In this document: positions 9,369-17,762 of the stretch, piece by piece
How positions within the stretch are numbered: the first letter of the stretch is position 1
Layout of the letters: every line of letters starts with the position of its first letter
Origin: a virus
Lineage: Duplodnaviria; Caudoviricetes
Direction: 5' to 3' (one strand)
DNA: 64,000 nucleotides
IMG/VR virus record: IMGVR_UViG_3300028833_000118
Location: 25,388 to 89,387 of that record
The notes under the pieces: generated by a model
The model's database searches: none
What the model saw: only the letters and a program-made list of their open reading frames with translations
Told to the model about the DNA's origin: nothing
Position numbers and translations under genes: made by a program

Positions 9369-9542
9369 TCAATATTTGATTTTCTTGCCTATCTTGATCT
9401 CATATAGCCATCCCATTTTCACTCGGCACCTATCGCAATAATCTCTTTCATTCGACCATATCAGATAAACCCGATATCCCGCCTCACGATACTCAGATAA
9501 GCAAGAAGGGCAAAGTGTGCGAATATCTTTTCCACCCCGCAC
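9369..9542 (-). CDS. Small Zn-ribbon hypothetical protein (57 aa, below the ORF-track cutoff)
   Basis: Manual translation from GTG: MRGGKDIRTLCPSCLSEY...YCDRCRVKMG; purine-rich RBS upstream. Confidence 0.55.
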   Translation of the reverse strand: MRGGKDIRTLCPSCLSEYREAGYRVYLIWSNERDYCDRCRVKMGWLYEIKIGKKIKY

Positions 9543-9658
9543 TCCTCATTCCCCCTTACGAAACGTCGCTGTGCGGTTAAGCACAGCGACATTCGTCATC
9601 TATAAGGGAAACCACAAGAAACTTTCAATCCGAAAGCACTTATCAGGAAATCCCTTTT

Positions 9659-9732
9659 TGGAGCGCCAAAGGGGAATCGAACCCCTACACTCAGATTGGA
9701 AATCTGACAGACTACCATTATCCTACTGGCGC
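9659..9732 (-). tRNA. tRNA-Gly(TCC)
   Basis: GCGCCAG/TTGGCGC acceptor stem, TCAGA-TTTCCAA-TCTGA anticodon arm, GGTTCGATTCC T-arm, encoded CCA. Confidence 0.95.
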
Positions 9733-9873
9733 ATATCGTACGGGGCCGATGTACTCATGTTCGGTCTGTGCGAAAGGTCATTCCTCTCTGGGGCACAGAC
9801 ACTTTCCACCGGCTTTTCATTCTCTGTTGGTGTTGCCCGCGCAGCCAACATCATCCGGGAGCGACCCGGCCTC

Positions 9874-9961
9874 TGGCGCTTGCGGTAGGATTTGAACCCA
9901 CAAGGACTTCCATCCTCTCTCGGTTTTCAAGACCGGGCAGTTACCATTACTGTACGCAAGC
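9874..9961 (-). tRNA. tRNA-Ser(TGA)
   Basis: GCTTGCG/CGCAAGC acceptor stem, CTTGAAA anticodon loop, long variable arm, GGTTCAAATCC T-arm, G discriminator and CCA. Confidence 0.92.
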
Positions 9962-10087
9962 ATTAAAATCGGCCGCCTCTCCACTCATGCCGATTGTCTG
10001 TGTCGTACACAGCAGATTGGCGGTCGCGAGAACATAGACCAGATCCCGACACCCGGTCTATTCAAGAACACATCCGCGAACGGCCTA

Positions 10088-10705
10088 CTATGCTCTTTCG
10101 TTTTTTATTTTTACTTCACCAAAACATATCCCATTTTTCAAGATCTGCTCCCCGATATCATTTCCGCCTTCTGCACCATCCGGTGTTCCCACCAAATACA
10201 AAGTAGGCATATCTCCATAAGCATATTGCCCGACAAGATTTATCGCTTTTTCCAAATCTTCTTTTTTTAAGCCGCCATTCCCATCTTTAATCCCTACCGT
10301 TGATACTCCATCTAATTCTCCCGCATCCCACATTCCTTTTCTTTTACTGAACTTGGCTTCTTCTCCCCACTCTCTCGGATCATCTTGATACCATTGATGC
10401 GAATTCTTAAACACATGCCCCGCCTTTTTCCCCGGCTTATCTGCTCGCAACCCGAAACTCCACCATTGTCCTGATTTTTCATAATAATCATTTATCAGAT
10501 CTGCCACATCTTGCAGATCATCAAATGTTTTTGAAAATTTACCTACAGGCCCACTTTCAAAATCAAAATTACCGTCACCGGAATTATCAACCCCTCCAGA
10601 TGAAATGAACCTCCCATTTTCCCCTCTTGGATGCTTGCTCGAATTCCACTCTTTTTCATCCATCCTTCTTTTTCGCCTTTTTCTGTATTTTTCTACCGCA
10701 TCCAT
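10088..10705 (-). CDS. Leader-bearing putative virion cargo protein (HPR motif; possible ART-like payload)
   Basis: MDAVEKYRKRRKRRMDEKEWNSSKHPRGENGRF. Confidence 0.8.
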   Translation of the reverse strand: MDAVEKYRKRRKRRMDEKEWNSSKHPRGENGRFISSGGVDNSGDGNFDFESGPVGKFSKTFDDLQDVADLINDYYEKSGQWWSFGLRADKPGKKAGHVFKNSHQWYQDDPREWGEEAKFSKRKGMWDAGELDGVSTVGIKDGNGGLKKEDLEKAINLVGQYAYGDMPTLYLVGTPDGAEGGNDIGEQILKNGICFGEVKIKNERA

Positions 10706-10871
10706 ACATCTACCCCCTCAATGTACTTTCATCTCGGTTTTCCTTTTGGCAGACCGAAAACTGCCATCCCGTTTCTCCCAATTATTCTACCATACCAAGA
10801 AATAAGAGGGAACTATAACACTTCAATCCCCCACGCATAACGCAAGGTTTCAAGGCAAGGCAAACATCAAA

Positions 10872-11102
10872 TCAATACAACAAACTCAGATTTTCGGCCG
10901 CTGTACTGATGCAATATCCGAACGCAATTTTCTCATTCGGATTCTTTTTGAACCTCTCGACTCCCTCTTTATAGAACTTCTCCATGATCTCCACGCTGTC
11001 ATCTTCTTCAAGATACTTTTCAAGATCCTCCGGGTCATCCGCTTTTCTCTCATCGACTAACTCTTTCAAACATCTCTTCTTAAACTCTTTGAACGAAATC
11101 AC
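10872..11102 (-). CDS. Hypothetical acidic protein
   Basis: Start overlaps the stop of the upstream gene. Confidence 0.7.
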   Translation of the reverse strand: MISFKEFKKRCLKELVDERKADDPEDLEKYLEEDDSVEIMEKFYKEGVERFKKNPNEKIAFGYCISTAAENLSLLY

Positions 11103-11857
11103 AACTTCCCATCCCTTTCTTTGTATGCCTCATCATATTCTTTTGGCTCCGCCATTTTCATAAACTCTTCAATCGGCGTTGTGTTGACTTTACCGGTATA
11201 TTTGAAAAATACTATTGGCTCTCTCTTTACCGCAAGTTGTTCGTCTCCCGGCTTTTCCTTCATGCCATTCCACTGTTCTCTCGTAAACCCATTCGCTTCA
11301 AGCCAATCATCATTCGCATATTCATCATCCCACTTCGTCCAACTCACAGGCTCGAATCCGCACTTTTGATAGAACCCATATATTCCGGCATAAGCATCCA
11401 ACTTATTTCCACCGGCTTTGACGGCATCTGCAAGTATATCTCTTCCCCTATCTCCCTTTTCAGCATTCGCGGCAACACTCACGATATCCGTCCCATGCAA
11501 CGCAAAGGTTGATCCATTCTCATTCATATACTTGTCCATTCCCTTGTAATCATCGGCAGAATAATCATCACTCACACGCCATCTTTTGTCCGGCTTCATC
11601 CCACTTCTCAATTTGGAAAATCCACCTTTGAAATCGACCGCAGAGCTCGTTTTCCCAAATTTTGGCGTTGATCCTCTCGGCTTCGGTTCGGCCTTTACCG
11701 CTCCACCGCCATTACCGGGCGCGAACTTTCCATCTTCATCTCTAGGATGCTTTTTTTCTTCCCAATCAACGTCTAACCGAAAACCTCGTTTCTTTAACCG
11801 CCCATCTCTCCGAATTTTATATTTTTTGATTGCTCTTTTATCCACCATAAGTGTCAC
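11099..11857 (-). CDS. Leader-bearing putative virion cargo protein with GNAT-like payload
   Basis: DKRAIKKYKIRRDGRL...RLD..WEEKKHPRDEDGKF; C-terminal DIVSV...GRDIL..AVKAGGNKLDAY..IYGFYQKCGF. Confidence 0.8.
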   Translation of the reverse strand: MTLMVDKRAIKKYKIRRDGRLKKRGFRLDVDWEEKKHPRDEDGKFAPGNGGGAVKAEPKPRGSTPKFGKTSSAVDFKGGFSKLRSGMKPDKRWRVSDDYSADDYKGMDKYMNENGSTFALHGTDIVSVAANAEKGDRGRDILADAVKAGGNKLDAYAGIYGFYQKCGFEPVSWTKWDDEYANDDWLEANGFTREQWNGMKEKPGDEQLAVKREPIVFFKYTGKVNTTPIEEFMKMAEPKEYDEAYKERDGKL

Positions 11858-11867
11858 CTCAAAAAGA

Positions 11868-11897
11868 AAAAGAGCAACCGATCACCGGCTGCTCTTA
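11868..11897 (-). terminator. Intrinsic terminator
   Basis: AAGAGCAGCCG-GTGAT-CGGTTGCTCTT followed by TTTCTTTTT on the - strand. Confidence 0.75.
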
Positions 11898-12001
11898 ATT
11901 TATTTCATGTATTTATAAAAATCCACGATATAAATTATAGCAGAAACGGCTGACACTTTGATGAACTTTTTGTTAATTATACCAAACCCTATTGACAACC
12001 A

Positions 12002-12505
12002 TTATTCCTTACCAATCAACCAATCTATTGTAACCCCACACTTCTCCGCGATCCTTTTCAAAGCATATACCGACGGCACTGACATTCCACTGATATACTG
12101 TTGCACAGTTCCGGGGATTAATTCTATCTGTTCCGAAAACTCCATCAATGATCTGTCTCCTTTCAACTCGGCTAATCTAATTACAATAGTCTTTTTGACA
12201 GCCTCCATCTCTTCTTTCGTTATCCCACGAATAGTTTTCTTCCACTTGAAAGAATTCTCCCTTACTCCCCTTGCAACCTCATCTTCCTTTTTCTTCTGAT
12301 TCCTTACGATCTGCTTCAATGCCCCTGTCAGAGTTCCGAGGCTTTTATACTCTCTCAAAAACTCTCCACTTGAATCATATAACCGAACGACATATACTTC
12401 TCCATTTTCTCTATAGAACGTCTGGTAATACCACTCTACACCTCCAACTGTGATTTTTACCGGGCTATCACAATTCTCGATGTACTCATCCATCTCCCTC
12501 TTCAT
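12002..12505 (-). CDS. Protein with C-terminal XRE-type HTH
   Basis: FSEQIELIPGTVQQYISGMSVPSVYALKRIAEKCGVTIDWLIG. Confidence 0.8.
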   Translation of the reverse strand: MKREMDEYIENCDSPVKITVGGVEWYYQTFYRENGEVYVVRLYDSSGEFLREYKSLGTLTGALKQIVRNQKKKEDEVARGVRENSFKWKKTIRGITKEEMEAVKKTIVIRLAELKGDRSLMEFSEQIELIPGTVQQYISGMSVPSVYALKRIAEKCGVTIDWLIGKE

Positions 12506-13088
12506 CTTCACTAAACTCCTTCTTAAAATCAGCCACCGCTGGAAGATCATCCAGACGATACGCCTTTCTCAATTTAACACCATAATACCCTTTCCTCTCC
12601 TTATCTTTCAAGAAGAAAAATCTATCTTCCATCTCCAACGGTTTATCTTTATTAAACCCTTCATATACCTCGAATGTTCCCTTGTCCAGATCCAACACAT
12701 ACGCCCACTCGCAAAACAGACTATCCGCGGCAAACTCAATATCATTTTTCAAGGCGAGGCCATCATCGGAATCGTTAATCATCCCCAAAACTTTCTCGCT
12801 TGTATCTCTCGAAAGCTCGGGCCACTCTTTTGTCCAATCCTCGATTTCGCCACTTCGAATCCGGGCATTTCTTTCATCAATCTCATCCTGCGTAATCCAA
12901 CGGCACTTCTCCACCTTATCCCTGAATACACTCCGAAAATACGGGTTCGAAATAGATTGCGCGAACTTCAACACGTCGGCCCCTACTCCATCCGGGTATC
13001 CATCCCATTGTCCATACTGGGCAACTTTATAATCTCCGCCACTATATACCGCGATCAAATGTCTTGTTCCCATACTGTGCCTCCCCAA
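12486..13088 (-). CDS. Conserved-looking phage hypothetical protein
   Basis: MGTRHLIAV...QYGQWDGYP...CEWAYVLDLD. Confidence 0.8.
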   Translation of the reverse strand: MGRHSMGTRHLIAVYSGGDYKVAQYGQWDGYPDGVGADVLKFAQSISNPYFRSVFRDKVEKCRWITQDEIDERNARIRSGEIEDWTKEWPELSRDTSEKVLGMINDSDDGLALKNDIEFAADSLFCEWAYVLDLDKGTFEVYEGFNKDKPLEMEDRFFFLKDKERKGYYGVKLRKAYRLDDLPAVADFKKEFSEDEEGDG

Positions 13089-13282
13089 TTATTCCAATGT
13101 TTTACCGCCGCATCTATCGTCCGAAAATCTCCACTCTTTGCCCCACAACTCAAACACTTCACCCGATACGGGAATTCCTTGTGTTTGTCTCTCTCCTGAA
13201 TCACCGCATCATCCTCATTGCAGAAAGGACAACTTCTTAGCCTAATCTTTAAGTCAGAACGGGAGTTCACCATCGTCCTCAT
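13055..13282 (-). CDS. Lar-like restriction-alleviation Zn-ribbon protein
   Basis: LRSCPFC...VKCLSCGA...AVKHWN. Confidence 0.7.
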   Translation of the reverse strand: MRTMVNSRSDLKIRLRSCPFCNEDDAVIQERDKHKEFPYRVKCLSCGAKSGDFRTIDAAVKHWNNWGGTVWEQDI

Positions 13283-13715
13283 CTACCTCCACAAATACTC
13301 CACTCGGCTTATCAATTCTCTCAGACGTATCTACCGCAACCCCATTGAAATTCTTCTGCTCGGCTCTTTCATCCCCATCTCTCTTGCTATCGCCGAAATA
13401 CGCACTATCTACGATGATCTCAATTGATGTTCTCTTGTTTCCATCTTTATCTTCCCACTTTCGGGACTGTAACCGACCATCGACAATGATTACACGGCCT
13501 TTTGAGAAATACTTGCTGACAAACTCACCTGTACTTCTCCACGCCACACAATCAAAGAAATCTGTGACCTTATCCCCATCTTTACTCTTGATGTCCCGGT
13601 CAACCGCAATTGTGAACGACGCAACCGGCGTGTTATTCCCGGTATATCTGAGTTCCGGGTCTCTCGTTAATCTTCCCCCGATAAGGACTCTATTAAGCAT
13701 CTTCAAACTCCTCAC
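13254..13715 (-). CDS. ssb: Single-stranded DNA-binding protein
   Basis: LNRVLIGGRLTRDPELRYT, GRLQSRKW, acidic tail ending ELPF. Confidence 0.95.
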   Translation of the reverse strand: MRSLKMLNRVLIGGRLTRDPELRYTGNNTPVASFTIAVDRDIKSKDGDKVTDFFDCVAWRSTGEFVSKYFSKGRVIIVDGRLQSRKWEDKDGNKRTSIEIIVDSAYFGDSKRDGDERAEQKNFNGVAVDTSERIDKPSGVFVEVDEDDGELPF

Positions 13716-14544
13716 AGAAATTCATATTTGAATTATTAAGGCTACGCTTAGCCATGAAGATCTTCCAATCCAGATAAATGTCTTTCAACATACTATCCAG
13801 ATATCGAAGCCCCATGTCCTTGATTTCATCCGGCACTCCATACATCGCTTCTGCCATTCCCCCGGCAATTGCCGCCGTTGTATCTGTATCTCCACCGATA
13901 TAGATACAATTCCGGATCACCGATTCATAATCATTCCCCTCAAAGAACGCTGCGAACGCCTGCGGACACGAAATCTGGCAGAGCTCTTTCCCATGCCCAT
14001 TCGTCTCTTTATGATATTCTTCCACACTTTTGATTTCCGGGTAATACGTCTCTTCGATATACTCTCTGATCTCTTCCTTTGACTTCCCCTCACGAGCCAG
14101 AAAAATCGCCGCAGCCGTAGCCTGCGCACCTTTGATTCCCTCCGGATGATTGTGCGATACAAGCGTAACATCGTATGCCATGCTCTCCGCCTCATCCAAA
14201 CTCCGAGCTGCGAACCCAACCGGGCTCACCCGCATCGCCGCACCATTTCCACACGAAAAATACGGGACCTGCTCTTCATAGATCCATTTGTAGAACCTTC
14301 TCCCATATCCTGCATGAGGGTACCAATACCCAATATTCGCCATTGCATTTTTCGCGGTTCTCTGCAAAGAGATTCCATCCCGGTAATGATCCATGATTCC
14401 CTTCGCCACCGAAAGCGTCATCACAGTATCATCCGTGAAACAATCATCCCATGTAAAGAGCTCGAAATCTCTTGTCTTTTCATTCTTGAACTCGAACCGA
14501 CTTCCAACGATATCACCAATTACCGCACCAATCAAATAGCCCAC
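13693..14544 (-). CDS. ADP-ribosylglycohydrolase (DraG/ARH family)
   Basis: GAVIGDIVG, FTDDT, GNGAAMRVSP, HNHPEG, GGDTDT. Confidence 0.93.
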   Translation of the reverse strand: MGYLIGAVIGDIVGSRFEFKNEKTRDFELFTWDDCFTDDTVMTLSVAKGIMDHYRDGISLQRTAKNAMANIGYWYPHAGYGRRFYKWIYEEQVPYFSCGNGAAMRVSPVGFAARSLDEAESMAYDVTLVSHNHPEGIKGAQATAAAIFLAREGKSKEEIREYIEETYYPEIKSVEEYHKETNGHGKELCQISCPQAFAAFFEGNDYESVIRNCIYIGGDTDTTAAIAGGMAEAMYGVPDEIKDMGLRYLDSMLKDIYLDWKIFMAKRSLNNSNMNFCEEFEDA

Positions 14545-14550
14545 CCTCTC

Positions 14551-15408
14551 TTATGCTATGTTGCTCATATATACTTTATCCCACTCTTTTCCCTTAAAAC
14601 GTTCCCACAAGGGGGAAAAGAACACCTTTTTTTCCTGCTTATAGTTGTATACTCTCTCGAACTTCCGCAGCGTCTCTTCTTCTCTCACAAATTCTTCCAA
14701 CACATCAGTGTTACCGTATTTCTCAATTTTCTCTAACCACCGCCTATTTGAAATTTCAGGACAATACCATGCGAACTTTGTGATTGCAACGATCTTTCTC
14801 TGCGCCCCTTTCCCCTTGCAAGCCTCACTTGTCCTAACGAAAAAATCCATGATATTCCTTGCGCTTGCCTTGTCGTATACCTTAAATCTCCCTTCGGTGA
14901 CGTCTCCACCTTTCCCAATCGTCTTCCCCGTCGTTGAAGGCACACCCAACAGAATCGCAACAATTTCGGCACCACAATACGCTTTATACTCTTCACAAAT
15001 TGACCTCAAAAACTGATAATCAGGATACCCGAGGTCTGCATAACAACTAATAAAATCCATAGGCTTCCAATTGAGCTGCTTCATGTTCAAGGCTATGCAA
15101 TCATCAATCGTCGCGCCCTCCGAAACAACATATTCTATGGGGAGCCCCAATTCTTTAAGCGCCTCAAATCTCCCCTGCCCATCAATCAACTCAAACTTTT
15201 CATTCACTACAATGGGATTCCTGATCCATCCTCTTTTTTCGATGCTGGACTTAATCATCTTTTTTCTTCCTTCGAGGACTTCCCTATTCCCATTCAACTT
15301 CTTGAATTTTGAATAATCGCATTCGCTATAAACGAAATCAACAGGCTCTCCATACTCTTTTCTCATCATTTCTCCCTCATTTCTCGAATTCTTTTCTATC
15401 ATTTTCAT
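14551..15408 (-). CDS. ParB/Srx-like N-terminal domain protein
   Basis: GNREV, NPIVVNE, LIDGQGRFEALKELGLPI. Confidence 0.75.
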   Translation of the reverse strand: MKMIEKNSRNEGEMMRKEYGEPVDFVYSECDYSKFKKLNGNREVLEGRKKMIKSSIEKRGWIRNPIVVNEKFELIDGQGRFEALKELGLPIEYVVSEGATIDDCIALNMKQLNWKPMDFISCYADLGYPDYQFLRSICEEYKAYCGAEIVAILLGVPSTTGKTIGKGGDVTEGRFKVYDKASARNIMDFFVRTSEACKGKGAQRKIVAITKFAWYCPEISNRRWLEKIEKYGNTDVLEEFVREEETLRKFERVYNYKQEKKVFFSPLWERFKGKEWDKVYMSNIA

Positions 15409-15427
15409 TTTGCTCTTATTCCCTTCC

Positions 15428-15784
15428 TTACTCTTCCACTACTTCACATTCCGGCAGATCCCCATACGAAAACGGCTCTCTACCATCATACGGGAACTTT
15501 TCTCTCAAAACTTGATAGATGTCAAAACTCATATCCGCATCTTCAAATTTCCCGATCCCATAACTATGTCCCGCACCTCCGAGCTCCGGGTAAATCGCTT
15601 TCTTTGCCGCCGCAAGGCAGCACTCAGCAATATCTCTCCGATAAAACCAATCATCTCCCTCTTGTCCCAACATCATCCTGTATGAGATCTCATTGAACTG
15701 GCCCATCTTGATCCTCGCATAGAACTCGCAGGCCATCGCACAGATCTTCGCCTGTTCCTCATTCAACTTCAACAGATATTTCAT
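15428..15784 (-). CDS. Hypothetical protein
   Basis: Tiles; start refined to MKYLLKL. Confidence 0.7.
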   Translation of the reverse strand: MKYLLKLNEEQAKICAMACEFYARIKMGQFNEISYRMMLGQEGDDWFYRRDIAECCLAAAKKAIYPELGGAGHSYGIGKFEDADMSFDIYQVLREKFPYDGREPFSYGDLPECEVVEE

Positions 15785-16046
15785 TTTCCCTCGCCTCCAG
15801 AAAATCCAACACCTTATTTCCCATCTCATTACAGATATTGAAAATCGTATTGAAATTATCCGAATTCACTACCAGAGCCTTCATCGCCTCGATCCTCGCA
15901 TTGAATTCGACCATCATATCTACAATCTCTTCCGGCTCATATCCAGTTTCCTCATACCGAGCTAACTTTTCCCGAATGCTATAACTATCCGTGTTCTCAT
16001 ACACCGCATTCGTCAACGGATCTCTTCTCGTATAACGCTCTACCAT
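15759..16046 (-). CDS. Hypothetical protein
   Basis: MVERYT...KLARYEETG motif typical of small phage proteins. Confidence 0.7.
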   Translation of the reverse strand: MVERYTRRDPLTNAVYENTDSYSIREKLARYEETGYEPEEIVDMMVEFNARIEAMKALVVNSDNFNTIFNICNEMGNKVLDFLEARENEISVEVE

Positions 16047-16062
16047 TTACTTTTGCTCCGAT

Positions 16063-16080
16063 CACTTTATTCAAATAAAC
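16063..16080. promoter_or_regulatory. Palindromic operator A, copy 1 (CACTTTATTCAAATAAAC)
   Basis: Identical 18-mer at 28663; variant with inverted centre at 59476. Confidence 0.6.
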
Positions 16081-16261
16081 TATCTGGGTTAATAAAAGGG
16101 GTGGCCCACACCCGATTATCTTTTCCGAGACCTACGATCTCACCATAAATGATATCTCCCATATACCGAAGCCCGATCCAGCAATCCTCATCCCAAATCA
16201 ACAGATCGTCTCCGATTTTGTAGATCCCCTTATCAATCACTTTTGCTCTCACTTTTCTCAC
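16067..16261 (-). CDS. Hypothetical protein
   Basis: RBS and tiling. Confidence 0.6.
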   Translation of the reverse strand: MRKVRAKVIDKGIYKIGDDLLIWDEDCWIGLRYMGDIIYGEIVGLGKDNRVWATPFINPDSLFE

Positions 16262-16314
16262 CCCCTACGCTGACATTTTACTGAATTTCCAATGCAAAGT
16301 CAATCGTATATATG

Positions 16315-16328
16315 CACGTTTTTTCGTG
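16315..16328. promoter_or_regulatory. Motif B palindrome CACG-N6-CGTG
   Basis: Intergenic; recurs at 23597, 38076 and 39302. Confidence 0.55.
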
Positions 16329-16345
16329 ATTTATTTTGTACATAA

Positions 16346-16741
16346 TCACAACACATCCATTACGCTTTTCCGGATCTTGTTATAATATTCCACCCTTCTG
16401 CTGATGTTTACCCAACTCGATTCAAACAAACTCACTGTCTCATCATATGCCAAGATATTTCCAGACTCAAAAGAGATGTCATCCCCCGGCACATTGACAC
16501 CGAACAGCCCCTCCGCCGTCTTAAACACTTTCAACGCCTTTTCTTTATCGATGATATACATGAAATCTGCTTTCCCAAAGAAATCTTCAAACCCATTCTT
16601 CTCTACACTCAATTCTCGATATTTATCATCGAATGTCCGAACTCCGCTCACATCCATAAGCTTCATCTCATAATTGATGCACTCTTCTTCTGTATCGAAC
16701 TGTTCTCCATCTTCTGCAAGCCAATAAACAACTTTTTCCAT
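16346..16741 (-). CDS. Hypothetical protein
   Basis: Tiles; YWLAEDGEQFDTEEEC. Confidence 0.75.
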   Translation of the reverse strand: MEKVVYWLAEDGEQFDTEEECINYEMKLMDVSGVRTFDDKYRELSVEKNGFEDFFGKADFMYIIDKEKALKVFKTAEGLFGVNVPGDDISFESGNILAYDETVSLFESSWVNISRRVEYYNKIRKSVMDVL

Positions 16742-16750
16742 CTCTTCACC

Positions 16751-17119
16751 TCACCATTGCACATATAACAGATCCGCCGGGATCTCCTGCCACGCCCAAT
16801 CGCCTGTTACATTCTTCCTGATACACTCTTCCAGAGATTGCAGAACACGCAACGCATCATGCGTATTCCCCCATCCATTTTCTGCATTATACTTCCGATA
16901 CTCTTTTTCGTTGAATTTGAGCTCATTGATACCGTGCTGAATCAACGGCAGAACATCCGACACCTTATAATATTCGCCCTGCTCAAAATCCCATCCGGTA
17001 CATTTGCGGAACATCAGGCCCAGATTATATGTCGGACTATCCAACTCCGGCTCATCGATCACTGCATACAGATTATCTCCGCCCTCGACCTTGACACTTA
17101 ATCTCAGATCATAACTCAT
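16751..17119 (-). CDS. Hypothetical protein
   Basis: MSYDLRL...TYNLGLMF...NGWG; ATGA overlap. Confidence 0.75.
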   Translation of the reverse strand: MSYDLRLSVKVEGGDNLYAVIDEPELDSPTYNLGLMFRKCTGWDFEQGEYYKVSDVLPLIQHGINELKFNEKEYRKYNAENGWGNTHDALRVLQSLEECIRKNVTGDWAWQEIPADLLYVQW

Positions 17120-17499
17120 GCGCTTTCCTCCACATAGAAGCAAAAATCCGATCCGATAAAATCATCCGCCGAACACTCCACATTCGCGAACAATCTCAGG
17201 CACCGGCTTTTTGTCAGGCAATCGATTGACCATCCAATCGGCTTGACCATTTCAACCCTAACATCTTTCCCATATCCACCGATTCCATTAATGTGTACCA
17301 CATCTGACCATCCAGATACTACACCGACTATCCCATCTTTCCCGATCAAGATAAACTTCATACACCGATAACCGCTATCATGCTTATCATTGGTCGGCAC
17401 AATGACGATACTTGTAAACAACCCTTCCGGCCCAAAATTCTTCATATCAAGGAACTCTTTCTTTGTGTACTCTGTAAGCGGTTTTGTTAATCGTTCCAT
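17116..17499 (-). CDS. Hypothetical protein
   Basis: Tiles. Confidence 0.75.
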   Translation of the reverse strand: MERLTKPLTEYTKKEFLDMKNFGPEGLFTSIVIVPTNDKHDSGYRCMKFILIGKDGIVGVVSGWSDVVHINGIGGYGKDVRVEMVKPIGWSIDCLTKSRCLRLFANVECSADDFIGSDFCFYVEESA

Positions 17500-17762
17500 G
17501 GTTCCTCCCTTCCATAAGAACAGAAAGCATCAGGTCTCATCTCATCCTCCAAAATCGGGCAATAATACTCTTCGATAAAGCCCTTTGCTCTCCCCAGCTC
17601 TTTGCCTTTCCCAAAGAAATAACAATCCTCACATCGGACTACCTTTACAAGATCAACCTCCGGCGCTTCTTCGATCAACTTTCTCGCCCCACCCGGAGGC
17701 CCTACATGATGCTTGTCATACTCTTCTAAAAGGGCATTTTTGCTGATATATGCCTCTCTCAT
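17487..17762 (-). CDS. Hypothetical protein with CxxC
   Basis: VVRCEDC...DAFCSYG. Confidence 0.75.
   Translation of the reverse strand: MREAYISKNALLEEYDKHHVGPPGGARKLIEEAPEVDLVKVVRCEDCYFFGKGKELGRAKGFIEEYYCPILEDEMRPDAFCSYGREEPWND

Noticed and set aside
9555-9610. Hammerhead-like CGAAAC plus stem near tRNA-Gly
   Set aside because: No CTGANGA core in a compatible position on either strand.
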